Positions 23,283-29,870 of a stretch of DNA of 64,000 bases are shown one piece after another (position 1 is the first letter of the stretch; the number at the start of each line of letters is the position of its first letter). The notes under the pieces are model-generated. The model saw nothing but the letters and a program-made list of their open reading frames with translations. It ran no database searches and was not told where the DNA came from. A program made the position numbers and the translations under genes. The DNA is from a virus (taxonomy: Duplodnaviria > Caudoviricetes): the IMG/VR virus record IMGVR_UViG_3300037067_027643, positions 64,001 to 128,000 of that record, one strand, 5' to 3'.

Positions 23283-24195
23283 TTTATTTTGAGAAAAGAC
23301 TGAAAATATTTTAAAACAGCTACGTCTTTCATCTTAGCTTCTACTATTATAACCACATCTTTACCTAATGTATCCACTGGTTCATAAATATAATCAGCAT
23401 GTGATTGTTTACTCAATTTTTATCTACAACATTTTCAAATAACAATTTACTACTAGAATGATGAACGGTTGGAATTATATGTTTTGGCCATGTATTATAT
23501 GATAGCAAAAATGCTTCTTTGTATGTTAACTTACCCGAATTAATCTTATAATGTAATGAGTCAAATACAATTGGAATTCCTATTTGTTCATGTATAGCAA
23601 ATAAATCTTGAACTGTAAACATATTACATTTATCATCATTTTCTACAGTCAATCTTTTTTGAACATTCTTATCTAATCTATTGAAGTTTTCACAAAATCT
23701 ATCAATAGCACTGGTTTTATCTCCATAGCTTGCGCCTACATGAACATTTATCTTGGTATTATTATCAGCATTAAAACTCATTAAATCAAATATTCGGCTT
23801 GTAGCATTTAGTTCTAATACAGTTTTATCAACTACATCCTTTTTATTACTAGCTAAAACATTGAATGGTCCGGGATGAAAGGAAAGTCTAACATTGTTAT
23901 TTCTACAATAATCTCCAATAGTTTTTAATTCTTGAACGATTGTTTTATAATCTGGTAAATCTTCAAATCGATAAAATGTTTTTAAGGGAAAGAAGTCATC
24001 TGGAAGTCGATAAGCAAATATACCATTATCAACGTTCCATTTTAAAATAATTTTTAAATCTTGTATGTTTTTTATGATTAAATCATTAACAGCTTGTACT
24101 CCTTTAATACCAAAACTTTTTCTTGTAATGGTATGGCCAGTCTTACAGTCTGGAATTGATAAATTTATACAAGCATATCCGAAGATTTGTTTCAT
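23270..24195 (-). pseudogene. uvsE: UV-damage endonuclease UvsE/UVDE, split by a -1 frameshift near 23416
   Basis: GYACIN, RLSFHPG, INVHVG, RLTVENDD, PIVFDSLH motifs; conserved C-terminus SHADYI...IVEAKMKD lies in the -1 frame after the TGA at 23413. Confidence 0.8.
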
Positions 24196-24199
24196 ATTA

Positions 24200-25113
24200 T
24201 TACTTTACTGTTTTAATCCAATATCTATATTTTAGATTTTTAGCATGTTTTAAACCTTCTTTGCTTTTTTCTAATTGTTCATTCCAATAACTAATTAAAT
24301 TTTCTTTAGCATATTCAAATGTATCAAATGATGTTGTACTAGAAACTATATCTAAATCATAAAGAAACTCAGAGAAATCTTCTAATGTACCTATAAATCC
24401 TTCATCATAACTAATATAAAAAAGGTTTATTTCTTCTTCTGTAAATGTATCTAAAGACGATGACATATTATTCGATTATTAATTTTCCAAATACTTTTTT
24501 AAGTTTGGGTTTATCATTTACATAATCCATTAATTGAATATGATTTGGAAGCATTTCAATATTGTTTAAGTATTTTTGTGCAATATTATTAGCTCTTATT
24601 ACTAACAAATGTGCATACAAAAGACATATTTTTTGTTCTTCCATATTCCAACCAGTATAAGGTTCATCAAACTCCTCCAAAATTTCTAATGTTCCCAATT
24701 CTCCAACAAACATTTTAATAAACTTAGCAACCCTTGATGAATATTTATTTTCTTCCTCTAACTGAACTAATAAAGAATTAAATTTTTCCAATAAAACATC
24801 AAAGTTTCCTACTGGTTTAATATCTGATAATTCATATATGGTTGTTTTCATTATTTAATAATTTATTTACTACATTAATAGCATCCTTGAGTAAAATAGC
24901 TGTTTCTGTATTTCTATAAGCTATCTCAATAAAATATTTATTACAATCCTTGAATATTTCTTCTATGTTAGCAGCTGTTTTGTTAGTATATTCTTTAATC
25001 CATTCATCTTCATCTAACTCTCCTTGATTATAACTTGGATACATACCTTTAATTTCGCCAGCTTTAAAAGCATTTCTTAAATCTTCTTCTGTATATGTTT
25101 TCATAATTGACAT
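24200..25113 (-). other. Three small hypothetical genes (24200-24466, 24468-24851, 24832-25113)
   Basis: Tandem ORFs after promoter 25138-25169. Confidence 0.55.
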
Positions 25114-25137
25114 TTATTTTATTAATTTTTAAAAGTA

Positions 25138-25169
25138 CAAAGATAATAAAAAATTTTGATATAAACAAA
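25138..25169 (-). promoter_or_regulatory. Bacteroidota sigma70-type promoter
   Basis: TTTG-N20-TATCTTTG. Confidence 0.7.
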
Positions 25170-25199
25170 TTTATTTTTTAAGGAGGAAAAATAAAGTAG

Positions 25200-25271
25200 A
25201 GCCCATTTCTGGAATTGAACCAGAATATATAGTTTTGCGGACTACTGACTAAACCATTCATCCAAATGGGC
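25200..25271 (-). tRNA. tRNA-Cys(GCA)
   Basis: Cloverleaf; anticodon arm GTAGT-CCGCAAA-ACTAT; U73; C at position 33. Confidence 0.85.
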
Positions 25272-25278
25272 ATTTTTG

Positions 25279-25365
25279 CATACGTTGTAGGATTTGGACC
25301 CACGAGGAAGTATAAACTTCAATAGTTTTGGAGACTATCGCCTTCGACCACTTGGCTAAACGTAT
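25279..25365 (-). tRNA. tRNA-Trp(CCA) with long variable arm
   Basis: ATAGT-CTCCAAA-ACTAT; A1-U72, G73; V-arm GAAGT-TTAT-ACTTC. Confidence 0.85.
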
Positions 25366-25378
25366 GTATATCAATTAG

Positions 25379-25459
25379 TTGCGAGAGAGGGACTTGAACC
25401 CTCGAGGCTTACGCAATGGGATATGAGCCCATCCTGATACCAACTTCAGTCATCTCGCA
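25379..25459 (-). tRNA. tRNA-Met(CAT), initiator-like, enlarged variable arm
   Basis: ATGGG-CTCATAT-CCCAT with three consecutive G-C pairs; 12-nt V-region. Confidence 0.8.
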
Positions 25460-25465
25460 ATATAT

Positions 25466-26563
25466 TTATATTTCTAAAATTACATCTTTATGATCTAAAA
25501 TTAATTTGAAATTATATCCATGTTCTTTATAAGCTTTTAATTTATCTTTCATGTTTTGTTCATTGTATGTATAATTACTTTTTATTTCTACAATTAAATT
25601 TGTGTCTGGTAAATAAAAATCGGGTATTGCTGTTCTTTGTTTTAATAATTGTGTATCCCAATATGAAATTCTTAATTTTTCAACTTCATAATTAATTTTA
25701 TCTTTATCTAATTGGTTAGCATATTCTAATTCATACCCACTTCTATAAAATATTTGTTTATTATTCCAAGTAGTATGATATCCATGTTTATAATGTGAAT
25801 TTTTATTAATTACATTTAATTTTCCATGAATTATAGCATTTCCAGTACTTTCAGAAAAACATCGTAATTTAATATTAAAATAATTTATCACTTTATTAAA
25901 ATTTGATAAAGAATATCCATATTTCTCTGACATATCTGAAGTACTTAATTTTTCATCATAATAGTCTTCATATAGCATAATTCGAATTCGTTCAAATTCT
26001 TCGTAATAATTTTTGGTTCCTAATACATTTTTATCAAATCCAAAGTATTTTATTAAATTTGGAATTATTTGATATCGTTTACAAATTTCTGGATGTTTAC
26101 ATTGACCTTTTATTGATCCACACATTTTACAATCAACATTATTAAATCTTTTTCTTTGATATTCTAATTTACAAATATTACATAAACATTTTTTAATACT
26201 ATTTCTTTTATTAACAATAATATCGCTTCCGCATTTAACACATTTAGCTTCTTTTGTTTCTAAATTATTATCGTTTTTTGTACTATATTTATGAGAACAA
26301 TACGAAGAACAAAATCTACCACTACCATACGAACCATCTATTTCTATACCACATTCTTCACAATATAATTGCTTTATTTCAATTATTTTATTAGCATTAA
26401 TTATTGCCTTTTTCTTCTCTTTTGTTATTCTACATAATTCTATTTGTTCTTTTGTTATTATTCTACTTCTACTACATGATTTTGAACAAAATTTTCCAGT
26501 TCCATAAGAACCATTATGTTCATGTCCACATTTTTCACAAAATTTTTTATTTTCCATATCCAA
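25466..26563 (-). CDS. Putative free-standing homing endonuclease (Cys-rich Zn-finger repeats plus PD-(D/E)XK/TnsA-like domain) inside tRNA array
   Basis: CxxC...YGxGxFCSxxC repeats; YRSGYE...PDFYLP...IVEIK. Confidence 0.75.
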   Translation of the reverse strand: MDMENKKFCEKCGHEHNGSYGTGKFCSKSCSRSRIITKEQIELCRITKEKKKAIINANKIIEIKQLYCEECGIEIDGSYGSGRFCSSYCSHKYSTKNDNNLETKEAKCVKCGSDIIVNKRNSIKKCLCNICKLEYQRKRFNNVDCKMCGSIKGQCKHPEICKRYQIIPNLIKYFGFDKNVLGTKNYYEEFERIRIMLYEDYYDEKLSTSDMSEKYGYSLSNFNKVINYFNIKLRCFSESTGNAIIHGKLNVINKNSHYKHGYHTTWNNKQIFYRSGYELEYANQLDKDKINYEVEKLRISYWDTQLLKQRTAIPDFYLPDTNLIVEIKSNYTYNEQNMKDKLKAYKEHGYNFKLILDHKDVILEI

Positions 26564-26621
26564 ACTATTTTACATTTTATATATAAATAGTAAATAGTTT
26601 GAAAATAAATTCCGCAATATT

Positions 26622-26630
26622 TCAAAGAAC
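26622..26630 (-). promoter_or_regulatory. boxA-like element
   Basis: GTTCTTTGA between tRNA-Thr and the endonuclease gene. Confidence 0.6.
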
Positions 26631-26651
26631 AATTTTAATTTTATAAATTTG

Positions 26652-26724
26652 AGCCAATAGAAGGAATCCAACCCTCAACCCTTCCGGTACAAACGGATTG
26701 CTCTAGCAATTGAGCTATACTGGC
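26652..26724 (-). tRNA. tRNA-Thr(TGT)
   Basis: TCCG-TTTGTAC-CGGA anticodon arm. Confidence 0.85.
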
Positions 26725-26741
26725 ATTACATTATTATAGGG

Positions 26742-26818
26742 CGGTCTATAAGGAATTTGAATCCTTCTGAACATTCCGAGTGACAGTCGGACAGCCACAC
26801 CTAGCAGCTCCATAGACC
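26742..26818 (-). tRNA. tRNA-Asp(GTC)
   Basis: TCCGA-CTGTCAC-TCGGA; G73. Confidence 0.9.
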
Positions 26819-26842
26819 AATTATATATTATATTAATTTTAG

Positions 26843-26915
26843 TGAGACTATGAGGAATCAAACCCCAATCCTATGAACCGTACTCATAAATTCTATTCAA
26901 TTGAACTATAGTCCC
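26843..26915 (-). tRNA. tRNA-Arg(ACG)
   Basis: TATGA-GTACGGT-TCATA. Confidence 0.85.
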
Positions 26916-26930
26916 AAATTAATAATAAAG

Positions 26931-27003
26931 TATTCGGTACGGGAGTTGAACCCGTATGTCAAGATTGAAGGTCTTGAATCCTTACCAATTAGATGAACCG
27001 AAC
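26931..27003 (-). tRNA. tRNA-Glu(TTC)
   Basis: CAAGA-CCTTCAA-TCTTG; C at position 33. Confidence 0.85.
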
Positions 27004-27019
27004 AAATGTCTTGTATATG

Positions 27020-27092
27020 TAGCCAAAGATGGAATTGAACCATCGCCCTGTATCTTATAAGGATACTGCTCTTACCACTGAGCTACTTGGCT
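27020..27092 (-). tRNA. tRNA-Ile(TAT)
   Basis: GTATC-CTTATAA-GATAC; A73. Confidence 0.85.
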
Positions 27093-27103
27093 ATATTTAA
27101 TAG

Positions 27104-27178
27104 TGGAATCTATGGTATTCGAAACCATCTGCTGTTCTCAGTGCAAATGAGATGACCACCCTAGCAGTCCCAGACCCC
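27104..27178 (-). tRNA. tRNA-Ala(TGC)
   Basis: TCTCA-TTTGCAC-TGAGA; G3-U70. Confidence 0.9.
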
Positions 27179-27189
27179 GTTTATATTAG

Positions 27190-27264
27190 TTGGTGTAATT
27201 GGATTTGAACCAATGACCTCAATCTTATCAGGATTGTCGTCTGACCGGGCTGACATATACACCA
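27190..27264 (-). tRNA. tRNA-Ile(GAT)
   Basis: CAATC-CTGATAA-GATTG. Confidence 0.9.
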
Positions 27265-27274
27265 ATATAATTAG

Positions 27275-27346
27275 TGGAACTAGATGGATTTGGACCACCG
27301 ACCACTTCCTCTTCAGGGAAGCACTCTACCACTGAGTTATAGTTCC
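27275..27346 (-). tRNA. tRNA-Phe(GAA)
   Basis: CTTCC-CTGAAGA-GGAAG. Confidence 0.9.
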
Positions 27347-27356
27347 ATTGTATTTG

Positions 27357-27430
27357 TAGGAATACCAGGATTCAAACCTGGGATCTAGTGGATGTAAACC
27401 AATCGCTTTAATCAACTAAGCTATATTCCT
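27357..27430 (-). tRNA. tRNA-Val(TAC)
   Basis: ATTGG-TTTACAT-CCACT. Confidence 0.85.
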
Positions 27431-27440
27431 ATGTTATCAG

Positions 27441-27513
27441 CGACTCTAATACGGAATGATCGTATAACCTACCGGTTAACAGCCGGTTGCTCTACCAATT
27501 GAGCTATAGAGTC
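27441..27513 (-). tRNA. tRNA-Asn(GTT)
   Basis: ACCGG-CTGTTAA-CCGGT; atypical T-loop ATCATTC. Confidence 0.85.
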
Positions 27514-27522
27514 ATATATTAG

Positions 27523-27594
27523 TGCCTTCGAATCGACTTGAACGATTACTCTTACATCTTAAAAGGATGAGATTTTACATTAAACTACGAAGGC
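27523..27594 (-). tRNA. tRNA-Lys(TTT)
   Basis: CATC-CTTTTAA-GATG. Confidence 0.85.
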
Positions 27595-27599
27595 AATTG

Positions 27600-27682
27600 T
27601 GGAGGAAGAGTGATTTGAACACCCATAGCTTTTTGCGACGGATTTACAGTCCGCTGATTTCTACCCACTTACCATTTCCTCC
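27600..27682 (-). tRNA. tRNA-Tyr(GTA)
   Basis: GCGGA-CTGTAAA-TCCGT; long V-arm. Confidence 0.9.
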
Positions 27683-27702
27683 ATTATATATTATTATCTT
27701 TG

Positions 27703-27774
27703 AGCGAGATAACGGGTTCAAACCGTTGACAAAGCATTGGAAGTGCCTCATGTTATCAACTACACCAATCTCGC
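27703..27774 (-). tRNA. tRNA-Gly(TCC)
   Basis: AGGCA-CTTCCAA-TGCTT; U73. Confidence 0.9.
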
Positions 27775-27796
27775 TTAATTCATTTATATCAATACG

Positions 27797-27805
27797 TCAA
27801 AGAAC
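27797..27805 (-). promoter_or_regulatory. boxA-like element
   Basis: GTTCTTTGA between terminator and first tRNA of array 1. Confidence 0.65.
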
Positions 27806-27820
27806 ATTGTTTTTAATTCA

Positions 27821-27859
27821 AATAAAAAACCCAACTAGTTTTTTAATTTTCTGGTTGGG
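27821..27859 (-). terminator. Attenuator terminator of tRNA array 1
   Basis: CCCAACCAG-N12-CTAGTTGGG (one C-A mismatch) followed by TTTTTTATT. Confidence 0.75.
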
Positions 27860-27896
27860 TTTTATATATTTTATTATAATATATTTTTTAATAAAC

Positions 27897-28052
27897 TCAC
27901 CAACCAACATCTTTTGCTTCTTCTCCAAAACGATAATCATTATTTGTTTTTGCTATAAAAATACAACCGTCCACAAACATCATATTTTTATCTATAATGC
28001 TATTGTTCCAACATGTATTATTAATGACTGTATTATTTCGCTTTGTTTTCAT
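27897..28052 (-). CDS. Leader peptide 1 (51 aa) of tRNA array 1
   Basis: MKTKRNNTVINNTCWNNSIIDKNMMFVDGCIFIAKTNNDYRFGEEAKDVGW*; its 3' end TTGGTTGG is complementary to the terminator 5' arm. Confidence 0.75.
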   Translation of the reverse strand: MKTKRNNTVINNTCWNNSIIDKNMMFVDGCIFIAKTNNDYRFGEEAKDVGW

Positions 28053-28133
28053 TTTATTTTTTGTTATTACTTCTTTTTATTTTATATAAATAGTTAAAAA
28101 TAAATTAAAAATTTTCAATTTCAAATTATTTTA

Positions 28134-28165
28134 CAAAATTAAGTAAATTTTTTCACTCTACCAAA
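28134..28165 (-). promoter_or_regulatory. Bacteroidota sigma70-type promoter upstream of leader 1 (also ACTATTTATA motif at 28085-28094)
   Basis: TTTG-N20-TAATTTTG. Confidence 0.75.
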
Positions 28166-28232
28166 TTTATTTTTAATTATTTTAATATACAACATTATTT
28201 TCAAATAAACAAATAAAATTTAATTGTAATAT

Positions 28233-28997
28233 TTATTTATCCCAAATATTATTAAATTTTGAATAATCAATATCTTCGTATGGATATTTATCATTAAAAT
28301 ATTCCAATTTTACTATATCAAATGTATTTAATAATTTTTTATCATCTATCAATAAAATTTTTATATTTGTTTCATGAATACATTTCCACATTTTACATTT
28401 ATCATTTTCACTCATCCAACCTTTTACTTCAATATATACATCAAAATCAGGCAAATAAAAATCTGGCGTATAAGAACGAGATTTATCAAATTTGACTCTT
28501 ATTCTATCCCAATTTATTTTTAATTCATTTAATCGTTCCGCTACTGTTTTTTCCCATTTTCCTTGAACATTAATTATTTTATATCCATTATATATCGAAT
28601 ACCACAATATATTATTTCCTTTATTTTCTTCTAAAAATTTTATCCTATGTTCTGACATTTTCTTTCTTGATTCAATTGTATGGTTTTTATTATTCCAATA
28701 TGGTATTATTTCGCCATTTTCAAATTTCTGTTTAAGATTAATACTAGTATTTTTAAGTCTATCATCATTTTCTTTTGTTAATCCCTTATTCCATTTCATA
28801 TTTTCTTTTGATTCTTCGGGAAAGTCTAAAAATTTTTCTTTACCCGATTTTATTTTTCCAGAACTATATGATTTTTTTAAACCATTACTATTTTTTAACC
28901 TATTTGCTGGACATTGATTAAAATGCTCTGAACAACAATATTTACCATTTTTTAATTGATATTTTCCTTCTTGACCGCAATTATAAGCACACAACAT
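28233..28997 (-). CDS. Putative homing endonuclease (NUMOD3-like segment plus PD-(D/E)XK domain) between the tRNA arrays
   Basis: N-terminal CxxxCG...CC..C; WNKGLTKE; HTIESRKKMS; YTPDFYLP...YIEVKG. Confidence 0.75.
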   Translation of the reverse strand: MLCAYNCGQEGKYQLKNGKYCCSEHFNQCPANRLKNSNGLKKSYSSGKIKSGKEKFLDFPEESKENMKWNKGLTKENDDRLKNTSINLKQKFENGEIIPYWNNKNHTIESRKKMSEHRIKFLEENKGNNILWYSIYNGYKIINVQGKWEKTVAERLNELKINWDRIRVKFDKSRSYTPDFYLPDFDVYIEVKGWMSENDKCKMWKCIHETNIKILLIDDKKLLNTFDIVKLEYFNDKYPYEDIDYSKFNNIWDK

Positions 28998-29046
28998 AAT
29001 TTTTACTATTTGTTTACTTATAAATAGTAAAAATTATTATTTTTCG

Positions 29047-29120
29047 TATCCACAGAAGGAGTCGAACCCTCAACCATTGGGGTAGAATCCCAATATTCTA
29101 TCCAGTTGAACTATGTGGAC
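29047..29120 (-). tRNA. tRNA-Arg(TCT)
   Basis: TTGGG-ATTCTAC-CCCAA. Confidence 0.9.
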
Positions 29121-29127
29121 ATTTTGG

Positions 29128-29201
29128 GGTGGCACTCGAGGATTGAACTCAAATCAACAGATTCACAGTCTGCCCGCTTAACCATTTAGCGTAATGTCAC
29201 C
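29128..29201 (-). tRNA. tRNA-His(GTG)
   Basis: GCAGA-CTGTGAA-TCTGT; G-1/C73. Confidence 0.9.
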
Positions 29202-29216
29202 ATTTAAAAATTATAT

Positions 29217-29225
29217 TCAAAGAAC
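29217..29225 (-). promoter_or_regulatory. boxA-like element
   Basis: GTTCTTTGA between tRNA-Pro and tRNA-His. Confidence 0.6.
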
Positions 29226-29237
29226 TATTGTTATCTG

Positions 29238-29314
29238 TCTAGGCGGTGCGATTCGAACGCACGTTATGTCGTGTTTCCAAAACACGCTAGTTTAGCCATC
29301 TGCTGTACGCCTAG
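29238..29314 (-). tRNA. tRNA-Pro(TGG)
   Basis: CGTGT-TTTGGAA-ACACG; C1-G72, A73. Confidence 0.9.
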
Positions 29315-29320
29315 TTATTG

Positions 29321-29406
29321 CGGAAAAATAAGGATTCGAACCTTAGGGACTGTTACATCCACGTCATTAGCAGTGACGCACAATAGACCAACTCTGTCAT
29401 TTTTCC
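29321..29406 (-). tRNA. tRNA-Ser(GCT)
   Basis: CGTCA-CTGCTAA-TGACG; long V-arm; G73. Confidence 0.9.
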
Positions 29407-29413
29407 ATTATAG

Positions 29414-29487
29414 CAGCCAAAACTGGGCTCGAACCAATACTCCGACAGTCAAAGTGTCGTATGCTTTACCGATTACATTATTTGGCT
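29414..29487 (-). tRNA. tRNA-Gln(TTG)
   Basis: CGACA-CTTTGAC-TGTCG. Confidence 0.9.
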
Positions 29488-29494
29488 ATAAAAG

Positions 29495-29581
29495 CGGAAG
29501 GTTAGGGACTCAAACCCCAGATACGGTATTAGCGTATTACTAATTTTCAAGATTAGCTCTTCGTTCAGCCAGACACCTTCC
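29495..29581 (-). tRNA. tRNA-Ser(TGA)
   Basis: CTAAT-CTTGAAA-ATTAG; long V-arm; G73. Confidence 0.85.
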
Positions 29582-29606
29582 ATTTATTATTTACAATACA
29601 TTATTT

Positions 29607-29615
29607 TCAAAGAAC
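29607..29615 (-). promoter_or_regulatory. boxA-like element
   Basis: AGTTCTTTGAAAA between terminator and first tRNA of array 2. Confidence 0.65.
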
Positions 29616-29623
29616 TTATATTC

Positions 29624-29659
29624 AATAAAAAACCCTATTTACTTTTGATTTAAACAGGG
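29624..29659 (-). terminator. Attenuator terminator of tRNA array 2
   Basis: CCCTGTTTA-N9-TAAATAGGG (one G-U) followed by TTTTTTATT. Confidence 0.8.
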
Positions 29660-29688
29660 GTTGTAATGTTTTTATATATTATACTATA

Positions 29689-29808
29689 TCATCTATAAAT
29701 ATCACAATACACCTGTTCCCATTGACTATGTCTTGGTTGTAAGCACGATGGTCTACTATTAATTGAGGGTTGATGTTGATGATTATATGTAACGATATTT
29801 ATTTTCAT
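29689..29808 (-). CDS. Leader peptide 2 (39 aa) of tRNA array 2
   Basis: MKINIVTYNHQHQPSINSRPSCLQPRHSQWEQVYCDIYR*; ACTATTTATA motif upstream at 29836-29845. Confidence 0.8.
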   Translation of the reverse strand: MKINIVTYNHQHQPSINSRPSCLQPRHSQWEQVYCDIYR

Positions 29809-29870
29809 TATTTTTGTTTTATTCTTTTAATTTTATATAAATAGTAAAAAAATTTTAAAAAGTTATTTTG

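Noticed and set aside
26931-27003. Possible opal suppressor (TCA) reading of loop CCTTCAA
   Set aside because: The 5-bp stem centres TTC in a 7-nt loop and the D-arm is Glu-like; this is tRNA-Glu with C33.
26640-27780. CRISPR-like periodicity
   Set aside because: The periodic GC-rich blocks are tRNAs with AT-rich spacers; there are no identical direct repeats.
27522-28097. 191-aa plus-strand ORF in the ORF track
   Set aside because: Antisense to tRNA-Lys/Tyr/Gly, the terminator and leader 1; shadow ORF.
29271-29543. 90-aa plus-strand ORF
   Set aside because: Antisense to tRNA-Pro/Ser/Gln/Ser.
27821-29808. T-box riboswitch explanation for the tRNA leaders
   Set aside because: No T-box consensus (AAUUnAGGUGGnACC-like) or stem I is recognisable; the translated leader plus antiterminator pairing explains the layout better.
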